A stretch of 64,000 nt of DNA, from contig JBIPSI010000004.1 in assembly GCA_044070495.1 (NCBI GenBank), positions 64,001 through 128,000 of the forward strand, read 5' to 3'. Positions within the stretch are counted from its first letter, which is position 1. Each line of letters starts with the position of its first letter. Positions 21,531-31,270 of the stretch are shown here, piece after piece. A program made the position numbers and the translations under genes. This stretch comes from Spirulina sp. GTDB taxonomy: Bacteria; Cyanobacteriota; Cyanobacteriia; Phormidesmidales; Phormidesmidaceae. The notes below the pieces were generated by a model. That model was not told the DNA's origin, did not search any database, and saw only the letters and a list, made by a program, of their open reading frames with translations.

Positions 21531-22133
21531 TCAGCGTTTGCGGGCAACAATGTTGAACAGGTGCCAGTGCTTTGCTTCGCCCAGGGCGGTTTGGCCAGGG
21601 TGATTTTCCTCCTCTAGCCATTCCACGGTGAAGGGGGCGAGGAGCGCATTCACCTGATCGCGGCGGTGGTGGGTGATGTGGGGATAAGCCGCCCAGGAAT
21701 CTTGATCGCCAAACAGTTGGCCGCAGAAGCGCCCCCCGGTCGCAAGGGCCACCACAATCTCTTCCCACAGGTGAGGGAACTGATCGGGCGGGCAGAAGGG
21801 CAGGCAAAAGCTGGCGTTGATCAGGCTGATATCGGGGGGCAGGGTGAGATCCTCAAACCGCTGCACGCGGGTTTCTAGGTAGGTGCGATCACAGTCGTCC
21901 CGTTGCCGCAATCGAGCAATGGCCTCCGCTTCCCCATCAATGGCCAGCACTCGCCAACCCTGGCGCAGCAGTTCCACCGTATCGCGCCCATCGCCGCAGC
22001 CCAAATCCACCGCCAAGGGCGGCAGGGGGTCGGCATCGGCGGCACAGCATTCCAGTGCCCTGGTCAGGGTGGATCGGGGTGGTCGGCCCTCCACCGCTTG
22101 GTAGTACTGGCTCCATCTCGCTTCAAAATTCAT
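21531..22133 (-). CDS. Class I SAM-dependent methyltransferase (TehB-like)
   Basis: VDLGCGDGRD motif I, GWRVLAID, GGRFCGQLFG. Confidence 0.85.
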   Translation of the reverse strand: MNFEARWSQYYQAVEGRPPRSTLTRALECCAADADPLPPLAVDLGCGDGRDTVELLRQGWRVLAIDGEAEAIARLRQRDDCDRTYLETRVQRFEDLTLPPDISLINASFCLPFCPPDQFPHLWEEIVVALATGGRFCGQLFGDQDSWAAYPHITHHRRDQVNALLAPFTVEWLEEENHPGQTALGEAKHWHLFNIVARKR

Positions 22134-22229
22134 GGTTCCTCCCACTGGCTCTGGACTGTTGGCATGGGGCCAGCGGTTTAAAAAGTCACACATTAGGGTT
22201 GGGCTAGGCTAGCCCCTCCGTGGGTTGGG

Positions 22230-22655
22230 TTAGGCAGGTTTGGAGTGCGGGCAAGTTTCTAGGTCGGGTCGTTCCTTGGCTTGATGTAGAGCTAGGGCGG
22301 TTTTGAGGCCGATCCACTGCTCCATGAAATCCAGATCAAACCCGACATGGCACTCTTTACCGACCTTCATTAAAGGGCGACGAATCAAAATCGGGTCGAG
22401 CAGCATCAGTTCTAGGGCGATTTCAGCATCCAAATCCTGGGGCACAATTAATCCGCTGGTAATGGCGGGGGCAGTGGTGTTGAACCATTGCGCTACGGGG
22501 AGATCGCCAAAGAAGGGGCGCAGGCGGTTTCGGGTCCAGGGCTCTAGCAATAAACTGCGGGCAATGACCCGATGGCCCGCCGCCTTAAGTAGTTTTTTCT
22601 GCTTGGTATTGTTGATACAGCCTGCCTTTTCGTAAAAAATTACCGTAGTCATCAT
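22230..22655 (-). CDS. Nitrogenase-associated ArsC/Spx-family protein
   Basis: FYEKAGCINNTKQK and PILIRRPLM; last gene of the nif run. Confidence 0.85.
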   Translation of the reverse strand: MMTTVIFYEKAGCINNTKQKKLLKAAGHRVIARSLLLEPWTRNRLRPFFGDLPVAQWFNTTAPAITSGLIVPQDLDAEIALELMLLDPILIRRPLMKVGKECHVGFDLDFMEQWIGLKTALALHQAKERPDLETCPHSKPA

Positions 22656-22662
22656 TCGTCTC

Positions 22663-23289
22663 TCAGAAGGGTTTTGCGATCAAGGTCTCGGAATCAAACT
22701 GAAAGCGAGCGTTGGGTTGCGTTTCTCCATAGAGTTGAAAGGTGACGGCTGGCTCTGTGCCAAGGGTTTCCACTTGGTGGATAGCCGCAGGCATAAAGCT
22801 GATAATTTCTCCGGCGTTTAAGATGCGTTGCCCCGTTGATTCGATACGATCACCATCGCGGTTTTTTCGCCAAAAGGTGTGTCGTTCCTGCCCATCCAGT
22901 AAAGCAACAACTCCCCAGGATCCGTGGTTATGAATAGGCGTAGTTATGCCAGGGGCCGTAATCACATTTTGCACCGTTAATGGATAGCCTAATTCATCGT
23001 AAAGGGGAATAACCGTTGTTCCTATTTTCGGATCTGGTTTATCTCGTTTTGTACCTAGCCAATAGGAATTAAGAATTAATTTTCGCACCTTGCGGCGAAT
23101 ATGAGGCAGATAGTCCCACTGGTCAAACTCGTTGGGTGCGTAATCCAGAATATGTAGGATATCGCTCAGAAATTGGTGTAGATAATAGTGATCTTGCAGT
23201 AAGTCCCAAGGCCGGGGGGTGGGGCGCAGTTGGCACCTGCCCACCTCATCTACAAACCAATCTTGATGGAGCAAATCCGTGGTCATCAT
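22663..23289 (-). CDS. Cupin (cysteine dioxygenase-like metal-binding) protein
   Basis: TPIHNHGSWGVV and AIHQVE His motifs. SD GGAGG before the ATG at 23289. Confidence 0.75.
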   Translation of the reverse strand: MMTTDLLHQDWFVDEVGRCQLRPTPRPWDLLQDHYYLHQFLSDILHILDYAPNEFDQWDYLPHIRRKVRKLILNSYWLGTKRDKPDPKIGTTVIPLYDELGYPLTVQNVITAPGITTPIHNHGSWGVVALLDGQERHTFWRKNRDGDRIESTGQRILNAGEIISFMPAAIHQVETLGTEPAVTFQLYGETQPNARFQFDSETLIAKPF

Positions 23290-23358
23290 CGGCCTCCATA
23301 GCCTGATCGAAAGCGGTTCGGCGGTAGAAGGGAGCGATTCCACCGCCGAGGAATGGGA

Positions 23359-23952
23359 CTAAGCCAGGACTGGCTCAGGGGTAGAGGCATCCTCCACCGC
23401 ACTTTGTTCAGGAACTTCGCCTTGGCAGAAGGCAAGTTCCGCTTCTAGTTCGGCCACAGCGGCCCAGGCTTCCTTCCCGGCATTAGAGTAGGGGCCTTTT
23501 GCCGCAGAAACACCGCGTGCATGGGCGACCTGGGCCTGGAGTGCCTTTTGCAGCAGAGGCACCCTAGGATTTTCCACAAAGTCACTCTTTTGCAGAATAT
23601 CGGTGTTAGAAATGATGCCGATCAAATCATTTTGGATCACTGGGGCGCGGTCAATACCAAAATGAGCAAACAAACGGGCCACATACTCAACACCCAGATC
23701 AGGGTTAATCACTAAGCAAGGTTTATTCATAATTTCGTAAACCTTGATAGTCTTGGGATCGGTGCCGTAGGCCACCACTTTATTCACAATGTCGGTATCT
23801 GTAACAATACCGTAGGCATCTTCAGAATTGCGACGCTCAACAATCAAAGAATGGAGCTTTTTGAATTTCATCAATTGAACAGCTTCGGCTACAGTCGCAG
23901 ACCCCTTAATAGTCGCGACTTCCTCGGTCATAATATCTCTTGCAGTAGCCAT
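23359..23952 (-). CDS. CBS-pair protein with degenerate C-terminal CP12-like segment
   Basis: Two CBS domains (ARDIMT..., YGIVTDTDIV, VYEIMNKP, GIISNTDIL), then EAWAAVAELEAE resembling the CP12 AWD.VEE core. Confidence 0.8.
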   Translation of the reverse strand: MATARDIMTEEVATIKGSATVAEAVQLMKFKKLHSLIVERRNSEDAYGIVTDTDIVNKVVAYGTDPKTIKVYEIMNKPCLVINPDLGVEYVARLFAHFGIDRAPVIQNDLIGIISNTDILQKSDFVENPRVPLLQKALQAQVAHARGVSAAKGPYSNAGKEAWAAVAELEAELAFCQGEVPEQSAVEDASTPEPVLA

Positions 23953-24239
23953 AATTAACCTTCTCCTTACATGGATCAAAACAGTTTGGAAAGATCCTCC
24001 TAATGGTCTTTTGTGATTCCAAGCTAACTAGTTCAAGGGCATCACCTCCTGTAGGGATCGATAGATGATTAGATGCGCGTTAAGCGATGGATTGGGTAAA
24101 AAGAGATTGAGGAAAACGTAGTAGAACCCAACATCAGATTGTGCTTGCTTGGCAGCGGTCTTGTTAGGTTCTGCTATCGCGCTACTCAATCTAGACGGAA
24201 GTAGGCTGGATGGATCTGCCGATTGATCTGTTCCATGGG

Positions 24240-24770
24240 TTAGACGGCAATGGCTGGGAAATCTGGCTTGAGGATTTCTAGCCAATCAGCAATTCGCTGG
24301 TCGGTTTTGTCGCTTTCATTCACCTCATCAAGGGGTAACCCCACAAACTTGCCGTCTTGAATCGCCGATGATTGCTCAAAGGAATAGTCGTCCGCAGAAA
24401 CCGATCCTACCAGGTTGGCTCCCAGGGCTTTGAACTGTTTGTACAGAATGCCCAGGGCACCGACAAAATGCTTGCTGTGACCTTCACAGTCCCCAGGGCC
24501 AAAAAGGGCAATGGTTTTGCCAGAAAAGTCGGGCTTGTCCATCTCTATGTCAAAGAGGGGTTCTCGCCAATCGTTTTGGAGTTCCCCTGCGCCCCAGGTA
24601 GAACAACCGAGAATTAGGTAGTCGTACTTGAGTAAGTCATCCACATCATCGAAATCCTCTTCCATGCTGTAGAGGTCGCAATTATCTTCACCAATGGCCT
24701 CCTGTATTTTCCCTGCAATTTCTTCCGTGACGCCGGAGGTGCTGCCGTAGAAAAGTCCAATCTTTGTCAT
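24240..24770 (-). CDS. Long-chain flavodoxin in the nif cluster
   Basis: IGLFYGSTSGVT, CSTWGAGELQNDW, GKFVGLPLDEVNESDKTDQRIADW. Confidence 0.92.
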   Translation of the reverse strand: MTKIGLFYGSTSGVTEEIAGKIQEAIGEDNCDLYSMEEDFDDVDDLLKYDYLILGCSTWGAGELQNDWREPLFDIEMDKPDFSGKTIALFGPGDCEGHSKHFVGALGILYKQFKALGANLVGSVSADDYSFEQSSAIQDGKFVGLPLDEVNESDKTDQRIADWLEILKPDFPAIAV

Positions 24771-24831
24771 GGGTCTTGCTCCCAGTAATAGGAAAATAGT
24801 CGTCGATCTAGGCGATTTCGTATGCCAATCT

Positions 24832-25131
24832 TCAAACGAGATAGGCTTCCATGTGGGTCTTAATCGTGCAGTCTGAGCGAGGATAGGCCGTACACAGCAG
24901 CACAAACCCCTTCGCCATTTGTTCGTCATCTAGGAATGACTGTTCGGACTGATCAATTTCACCTTCCACCAACTTGCCTACACAGCTTGAACATCCCCCG
25001 GAACGGCAGGAGAAGGGAAGCTCAATGTCGTTTTCTTCCGCCGCATCAACAATATAGGTGTCGTCATCAACTGGAATAGTGATGTCGATATTGCGTTTTT
25101 TGTTGATTAAATGAACCTGAAAAGTAGCCAT
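24832..25131 (-). CDS. fdxH: Nitrogenase-linked [2Fe-2S] ferredoxin FdxH
   Basis: CRSGGCSSC...C plant-type motif, N-terminal INKK dilysine characteristic of FdxH, downstream of hesB. Confidence 0.92.
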   Translation of the reverse strand: MATFQVHLINKKRNIDITIPVDDDTYIVDAAEENDIELPFSCRSGGCSSCVGKLVEGEIDQSEQSFLDDEQMAKGFVLLCTAYPRSDCTIKTHMEAYLV

Positions 25132-25329
25132 GATGAGTCTCCTACTGAGAGAGATGAAATTAGGAAAGAAAGAGGATGGGGCGTTGGTATTTGGTTATTG
25201 GTTATTTGACCCTTACTCCTTCTGTCTGGTTCAACCTTGGATTCTGCTTCGCGCTAGCTGGTATCCGATATTTCTGACCAAAAACTGAGTATTGGGTTCT
25301 GCTTGATAGCACCCAACCTACGGCATGAA

Positions 25330-25695
25330 TTAACTACAGGGCACTCCGGTGGGGCTGCATTCTCCGGCCTGGAAGGACTTGCCGCAGCTACAGGTATCGG
25401 TTGCATTGGGGTTGCTAAATTTAAAGCCACTTTCTAGTAGGCTATCCACATAATCCACCACAATTCCCTCCAGCAGGGGCGCACTTTTCGGGTCAATAAA
25501 AACCTTTAATTGGCCCGATTCCACCACCTGATCATCGGCCTTGGGCGCATCGGAAATTTTGATGTCGTACTCGTAGCCGTTGCAGCCGCCATCTTTCACC
25601 GCAAGGCGTATGCCCCGACTGGGGGTGTAGTTGGGGGTGCCCCGCAAAAAGGTACGCAGGCGGAGTTCGGCAATGTCGGTGAGGGTGATAGTCAT
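25330..25695 (-). CDS. hesB: HesB/IscA Fe-S carrier
   Basis: GGCNGYEY and NPNATDTCSCGKSF. Confidence 0.93.
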   Translation of the reverse strand: MTITLTDIAELRLRTFLRGTPNYTPSRGIRLAVKDGGCNGYEYDIKISDAPKADDQVVESGQLKVFIDPKSAPLLEGIVVDYVDSLLESGFKFSNPNATDTCSCGKSFQAGECSPTGVPCS

Positions 25696-25709
25696 GGGTT
25701 TAGGGGGGA

Positions 25710-25785
25710 TTGGTTACTGGTTATTGGTTATTGGTTACTAGTTATTGGTTCTAGTTACTGGTTGCTGATTACTGGTCACTGGTTA
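25710..25785. repeat. Heptamer tandem repeat (STRR-like, TGGTTA[C/T]), about 11 degenerate units
   Basis: TTGGTTACTGGTTATTGGTTATTGGTTACTAGTTATTGG...; the last unit contains the hesA stop codon. Confidence 0.8.
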
Positions 25786-26574
25786 CCTGCTGGCTAGGGT
25801 TGGGAGGGCCAGGGGCTTTTCCGGCAGGGGTTTTTCCTGGGGGCCACCGCAGATAGGACAGTCGGGATCGTGGTAGGTGCGGCGTTTGGCGAATTCGGCC
25901 CTGGCCAAATCCATGGTGAGAAGCTGGCCCAGCAGGGGTTCGCCCAGTCCGGTGATCAGCTTCACGGCTTCCAAGGCGGCGAGGCAGGCGAGGGTGCCCG
26001 ATACCGCCCCCAGTACCCCAAAGCCCCAGCGATCCCACTCCGGCTTTTCGGGGAAAAGACAGGATAAACAGGGGGTTTTGCCCGGAATAATGGTAGTTAG
26101 ATAGGCTTCCATGGCGTTCATGGCGGCTTCAACCATGGGCTTGCCAAATCGCACACAGGCGGCATTCAGCAAGTCCCGTTCTTTAAAGTCAAAGGCGCAA
26201 TCCAGGGCAATGTCCGCCCGCTGCACCAGGGTGTCAATGTTGTCCGCCGTGACGTAGTCGCATACCGCTTCGATCTCGATATCCGGGTTGAAAGCGGCTA
26301 GGGTTTCCTGGGCTTTAAACACCCTGGGTTGGCCCACCCAGGCATCGGTCATCAAAATCTGGCGGTTCATGTCGTCCCGCTGAAGGTTGCCCCCCCGCAC
26401 CAGGATCAACCGTCCCACCCCCGCCGCCGCCAGGTATAGCGCGGCAGTGCCCCCCAATCCACCGACCCCCGTCACCAGGGCCGTGGTGGCTTTCAGTCGC
26501 TCCTGCGCTTCCCGACCAAAGCCGGGGAGTTGCATTTGACGACGATAGCGTTCGAGTTCGGTGGGGGAGAGCAT
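25783..26574 (-). CDS. hesA: HesA (MoeB/ThiF family)
   Basis: ELERYRRQ, GVGGLG, CLSC and CPIC Zn motifs; nif context. Confidence 0.93.
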   Translation of the reverse strand: MLSPTELERYRRQMQLPGFGREAQERLKATTALVTGVGGLGGTAALYLAAAGVGRLILVRGGNLQRDDMNRQILMTDAWVGQPRVFKAQETLAAFNPDIEIEAVCDYVTADNIDTLVQRADIALDCAFDFKERDLLNAACVRFGKPMVEAAMNAMEAYLTTIIPGKTPCLSCLFPEKPEWDRWGFGVLGAVSGTLACLAALEAVKLITGLGEPLLGQLLTMDLARAEFAKRRTYHDPDCPICGGPQEKPLPEKPLALPTLASR

Positions 26575-26614
26575 GGGAACAAGGGGTTAGCAACTGGAAG
26601 GTGTTGTGGGGGTG

Positions 26615-26730
26615 GATCCCCCCTAGCCCCCCTTGGGAAGGGGGGAATAGAGGCTAGGGGGGAGGCAAAATCCTCGTGGAAAGGAATTGGGTTTCAAAGT
26701 CCCCCTTCTCAAGGGGGATTTAGGGGGATC
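26615..26730. repeat. Paired CCCCCCTT-N-AAGGGGGG palindromic dispersed repeat
   Basis: GATCCCCCCTAGCCCCCCTTGGGAAGGGGGG ... CCCCCTTCTCAAGGGGGATTTAGGGGGATC with inverted ends. Confidence 0.7.
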
Positions 26731-26760
26731 CCCAGGAGCATGGACAAAGAAAGGCAAGCC

Positions 26761-27078
26761 CTACTCCATGGCGATTTCCGACATTAAAACGACGTTGCTG
26801 GGTCGTTGGTTGAAGACCTTAAACAGCTTTTCCGACTGGGGTGAGGAGGTTTGAAAGATGCTGTAGGCTTCCTGCAAAAATCCGCGATAACGGCTGAAGG
26901 TGGCATCATCGTCAAAGTCGGGCATCAGTGCGCCCCTTTCCCGCATTAGGTGGGCAAACTTTTGCAGAATATGTAGGCGATTAACGTTGAGAAAGCTGGG
27001 ATCGTAGGGCAGTTCAAAAAAGGCAAAATAGTCTTCGGCCTGGGTGATTTGGTTGAAGGCTTGGGTTTTAGTAGTCAT
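26761..27078 (-). CDS. nifW: Nitrogenase-stabilising protein NifW
   Basis: AEDYFAFFELPYD, VNRLHILQKF, KLFKVF. Confidence 0.95.
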   Translation of the reverse strand: MTTKTQAFNQITQAEDYFAFFELPYDPSFLNVNRLHILQKFAHLMRERGALMPDFDDDATFSRYRGFLQEAYSIFQTSSPQSEKLFKVFNQRPSNVVLMSEIAME

Positions 27079-27293
27079 TGGGCTTGCTCCAGAGTTTTCA
27101 ACTGTTGTCTGAGGTCGCGTAGTTGGCAGTAGATCTCGTAGGTACGAGCCGCAGCTTCGGGCAATAGGTCTAGGTCGGTGGGCAGTCCTTCGGCAATATC
27201 ATGGAGATCCATCTTGAGCTGACCCGCTTTACTATTTAGTTTTTTGATTTGGGTCTTCAGCTCGTCGATAGTGAGGGTTTCGGTGGTTAACAT
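27075..27293 (-). CDS. CCE_0567/DUF683 family nif protein
   Basis: KKLNSKAGQLKMDLHDIAEGLP; position between DUF269 and nifW. Confidence 0.85.
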   Translation of the reverse strand: MLTTETLTIDELKTQIKKLNSKAGQLKMDLHDIAEGLPTDLDLLPEAAARTYEIYCQLRDLRQQLKTLEQAQ

Positions 27294-27383
27294 TTGAGTC
27301 GAGAATTGAGGGTGATGGCTAGGGCCGGGGTCGGGGCCGGGGTTGGGGCGCACAGCAGTGCGCCCGTACGGAGGATTGAGGGT

Positions 27384-27860
27384 TCACCACTGGCTAACTT
27401 CTGGGAATCGGGTGGCCAGTTCGAGCCCTTTTTCGACTAGGCGTTCTCCTTCTTCGTTGAGTTTTTCGAGGGAAACAAAGCCAAATCGTTGGGCATCGCG
27501 TAGGGTTTTAGATACCAGCAGTAGGCGGCCAGAAAACACCAGTGCCCAGCCAAATCCTTCGTGGCTAAGGTCAATCACCACCTGGGAGAGCATTCCCGTT
27601 TCCTGCTCAATCCGGTAGGCTACGGCTCGAAAAAAGGCTGTGATGCGGGATTGGGTAATGGGATCGACTGCGCCTTCCACGGAAATTTCCCGCTTTTGGG
27701 CTTTGGTGAGAATGTAGGGCTTCAGCAGTAATTCATCGGCCCAGTGGCGATAGGTGCCAAAGCTATCGTTGGCGCGAATTTGTTGCACAATGGCCTGTAA
27801 AAAGGGTGAATCAGCAACGGTTATCGTAGCAACTGGGGTAGGGGTTTCAGCGGTGCTCAT
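27384..27860 (-). CDS. NifX-associated protein (DUF269)
   Basis: IDLSHEGFGWALVFSGRL and LRDAQRFGF. Confidence 0.88.
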   Translation of the reverse strand: MSTAETPTPVATITVADSPFLQAIVQQIRANDSFGTYRHWADELLLKPYILTKAQKREISVEGAVDPITQSRITAFFRAVAYRIEQETGMLSQVVIDLSHEGFGWALVFSGRLLLVSKTLRDAQRFGFVSLEKLNEEGERLVEKGLELATRFPEVSQW

Positions 27861-28282
27861 ACGGTGACCTCCTCCTCAATTTCAAGGTAGGCTTCATCGA
27901 AACGGGGAGCTTGATCTTGCTGTAGTGCTTTACGCAGCCAGGGCGGAGGACTGCCTTGCAGAGTGTGCATCAGTTGACCCAAAATAGTCTCAATTTCTTC
28001 GTCTTCGGAATGGGATTTCATCGGGGTGATGCGCTTGCCAATTAACCGCGCTGCCGCACTACCGCCAATGTCGGCCACATAAACAATGGTGCAGCCCTTA
28101 AGCGCTTTCAGTTTGGCATCTATTTTGTCTTCGTTGCCGTCTTCTTTCAAATTGCCGCCAAACTTTAGCGTTTCTGAGAAGGTATAGGCATCGGCGGTTA
28201 GCTCATAGACATCCATGGTGCTGGCTGAGCCAAAGTGGGCGTTAATGTGAATTGAGTCTTTGGTAGCGAAGGCTATTTTCAT
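27857..28282 (-). CDS. nifX: NifX
   Basis: MKIAFAT, INAHFG, EDGNEDKI, IGGSAAA, PPPWLRKA. SD AAGGAGA before 28282. Confidence 0.95.
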   Translation of the reverse strand: MKIAFATKDSIHINAHFGSASTMDVYELTADAYTFSETLKFGGNLKEDGNEDKIDAKLKALKGCTIVYVADIGGSAAARLIGKRITPMKSHSEDEEIETILGQLMHTLQGSPPPWLRKALQQDQAPRFDEAYLEIEEEVTV

Positions 28283-28367
28283 GGTGAATCTCCTTGGGAG
28301 GGTGGGGGAAGGTGTGAAGGTGTGAAGGTTGGGAGGTTGGGAGGGGAAAGGGTTGGGGGGGAGGTTT

Positions 28368-31163
28368 TTAGCCACTGCTTTCTCGCCACTGATGAACCAA
28401 TTTATCGGTGCGTTCTTCGTCGGCTTCGAGCAGAATGTTGCCGATGGCGAACAGCAGGTCTAGGGTGCCGCGATAGCCGACGGTGCAGCGGTGGCCGTTG
28501 CCTAGGTGTTCCAGCATGGGGAAGCCGTGTAGGTAGAGGGGGATGCCGAGGCGGCGGGCGATGGGGCGAGCTTTAGAGTTGGTGATCCAGAGGTCGGCAG
28601 TGGCGGCCAGATCCTCTAAGTCCTCAAAATCACCGATATAGGTTTGGGCGATGGGGAGATCCTTCAGCAGGGGTGAGGGGGCAGTGGTGACGGCGGCCTG
28701 GAGTTCGGCCCCGGTGCTGTGCAGCCACCAGGCGACGTTGTGCAGCAGGTCGGGTTCTAGGGCCAGCCCCACTTTTTTGCGGCCAAAGAAGAAGTGGGTG
28801 TCTAGCATGGCGTCTTGCACCTGGCGGCGTTGGCGCAGGTACTTGGCGGGGACGGGCTGTCCGCTGATTTGGGTCAATGCATATAACAAGTCATCCACCG
28901 CCCCCAGGCCCGTCAGTTGGGTGAAGGTTTGGGCTGGGGTGCCGAAGCGTTCGGTCAGAATTGCCGCCGCCTTGGCCATACTGCCGCCCAGGGCCAGGGT
29001 GAGGGCCGAGCGTCCTACGGCCTTGAGTTCCGCGACCGTGGTGCCTCCGGTGGCGGTGGTGTAGTGGTCGGCATCGTCCAGGTGGCCATCCAGCGAGGTG
29101 GAGAGGTCGGGTAGCACGATGGGGGTGAGGCCAAAGGCTTCGACAATTTCCTTCAGTTCCGCCACATCCCCAGGGCCAAGGGCGGCACTGGCCAGCAGGG
29201 TGATTTGCTTCGGGTTGATCTCCCCCGGTTCAGGCATGGTCTGCACCAGGCTTTCCACCGCCGCCGCAAAGCCGTCCTCCAAACTGCCCTTATAGTCTGG
29301 GGTGGAGGCAAAAACGATGGGCACCGTGACCTCCGGGTTGGCGGCGTGGAAGTCTCGCAGAATTCCCTGCATATCGTCGCCGCGAGTTTCCGTTAGCCCG
29401 GTAGTGAACAGCCCCACCAGTTCCGGCTGAGTGTTTTGAAGCACCGTCAAAATGCCTTGGTGGACGTTGTCATCGCCGCCCAGCACTGTACTCACCTCGC
29501 TCATGGCCGTGGTGGCCAGGGGAATTGCCTCCTGGAAGTGGTTCACCAGCAGCACCTTGGCAAAGGCCGTACACCCTTGGGAACCATGGAACAGCGGCAT
29601 CGCCCCCTGAATGCCCAAGAACGCCAGGGCCGCACCGAGGGGTTGGCTTTGCTTGAGAGGGTTGACGGCCACGGCCTTGCGGCGGGCGATGATTTTGGTG
29701 GGGTGGTGGGGTGGTGGGGTGGTGGGCTGCTCGGCCTCGCCATCTCCCCATCTCGCCATCTCACCACCTTCTGCCTTCTGCCTTCTGCCTTCTGCCTTCT
29801 CCCAAGGCGCTTCCCTTCTCACCTCGGCCCACACCGGACTATGCAGGGTTTCGTCCAGTTCCTTCGCCATTTCCAGCAGACCACCGTAGCCAGAATAGGG
29901 ATTGTGGCGTTCCTGGTTGATGTGCAGAAAAGGAATGCGGGCCTTGAGGGCGGTGTATTGGTTGCGGCCCCCGGCAATTAGCATATCGGCGTTGGTCTTT
30001 TCGATGACTTTTAACAGTTCCGCCGCGCCGCCTTTTTCCAGCATGATGCCCTCTTGACCCAGCAGGGTTTTGATGCGGGCTTTATCTTCTTCGGTGCTCT
30101 TTTTGCTGCTGGTGGCGACTACGGTAATACCCAAATCCTGAGCCGCCGAAATGATTGACCAACTCTTCACCCCCCCGGTATAGAGGACAACGCGCTTGCC
30201 CTGGAGTCGTTCCCGGTAGGGGGCCAATTGTTCGTTGAGTTTTTCTGTTTCTTCGGCAATCACCGCTTCTACTTTGGCCTGCATCGCTTCATCGCCAATT
30301 TTGGCGGCAATGGTGCGTAGGCAGTGGTTCATATCCGCCACACCGTAGAAGGATTCTTCGATGTAGGGAATGCCATAGCGCTCTTCCATTTTGTGGGCCA
30401 GATTGATCAGCGCCTTGGAGCAAATCATCACGTTCAGTTTGGCGCGATGGGCGTAGGCCACTTCCCGGTAGCGGGAATCACCCGTAATTTTAGATAGGAC
30501 TCGAATACCGACTTTCTCCAACAGCGGTAATACGCCCCACATTTCCCCAGCAATGTTGTACTCGCCAATTAAGTTGATGTCGTAGGGGGTGGTAAATTCT
30601 GGTTCTGCGGTGCCGATAACATGGTCTAAAAGGGCTTCCCCGGCTAGGCGATTACCGAGATTTTTGCTGCCTACAAAGCCAGGGGACTGAATCGGGACTA
30701 CGGGCAGGCTGAGGGTCTCGCTGGCAGCCTTGCATACGGCATCTAGGTCATCGCCAATTAGCGCCGTTACGCAGGTGGAATAGACAAATACAGCGGCGGG
30801 ATGGTAGCGTTCCTGCACATCCTGAATGGCCCTATAGAGCTTTTTCTCACCACCAAAAATAATGTCGTTTTCGCTGAGGTCGGTGGTAAATCCCATTTTG
30901 TAGAGGGTCTCACCCGACGATAAACTGCCCCGTCCCCCCCAGGAGTTGCCCGCACAGGCAATGGGGCCATGAACCAGGTGGGCCACATCGGTAATCGGCA
31001 CTAGGGCAATACTGGCTCCATCAAAGGCGCAACCACCCTGGGCGGCCCCCGGTTTGGCCTGTTGTTGGCACACCTTATTATGACCTTTGCCATTTTTTTT
31101 ATGGTTATGCTCACAACCCGGCTGGGTCAAAAGCTCGCTCATTTTGGCTTTGGTAGAAGACAT
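28368..31163 (-). CDS. nifEN: Fused FeMo-cofactor scaffold NifEN
   Basis: N-half NifE (GGCAFDGA, YTGGVKSWS, INQERH...APW) is joined in frame via a 35-aa linker to NifN (VNPLKQSQPLGA, HGSQGCTAF, DAMLDTHFF). Confidence 0.95.
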   Translation of the reverse strand: MSSTKAKMSELLTQPGCEHNHKKNGKGHNKVCQQQAKPGAAQGGCAFDGASIALVPITDVAHLVHGPIACAGNSWGGRGSLSSGETLYKMGFTTDLSENDIIFGGEKKLYRAIQDVQERYHPAAVFVYSTCVTALIGDDLDAVCKAASETLSLPVVPIQSPGFVGSKNLGNRLAGEALLDHVIGTAEPEFTTPYDINLIGEYNIAGEMWGVLPLLEKVGIRVLSKITGDSRYREVAYAHRAKLNVMICSKALINLAHKMEERYGIPYIEESFYGVADMNHCLRTIAAKIGDEAMQAKVEAVIAEETEKLNEQLAPYRERLQGKRVVLYTGGVKSWSIISAAQDLGITVVATSSKKSTEEDKARIKTLLGQEGIMLEKGGAAELLKVIEKTNADMLIAGGRNQYTALKARIPFLHINQERHNPYSGYGGLLEMAKELDETLHSPVWAEVRREAPWEKAEGRRQKAEGGEMARWGDGEAEQPTTPPPHHPTKIIARRKAVAVNPLKQSQPLGAALAFLGIQGAMPLFHGSQGCTAFAKVLLVNHFQEAIPLATTAMSEVSTVLGGDDNVHQGILTVLQNTQPELVGLFTTGLTETRGDDMQGILRDFHAANPEVTVPIVFASTPDYKGSLEDGFAAAVESLVQTMPEPGEINPKQITLLASAALGPGDVAELKEIVEAFGLTPIVLPDLSTSLDGHLDDADHYTTATGGTTVAELKAVGRSALTLALGGSMAKAAAILTERFGTPAQTFTQLTGLGAVDDLLYALTQISGQPVPAKYLRQRRQVQDAMLDTHFFFGRKKVGLALEPDLLHNVAWWLHSTGAELQAAVTTAPSPLLKDLPIAQTYIGDFEDLEDLAATADLWITNSKARPIARRLGIPLYLHGFPMLEHLGNGHRCTVGYRGTLDLLFAIGNILLEADEERTDKLVHQWRESSG

Positions 31164-31270
31164 AGGAGTGAGGGGATGAGGGGTTGCGAAAAGAAAATCC
31201 GTAGGGTGCATAGCGCCAGGGCGAGGCTAGCGCCAACGCGAAGCAATGCACCATTCCAGAAATCAAGCTA

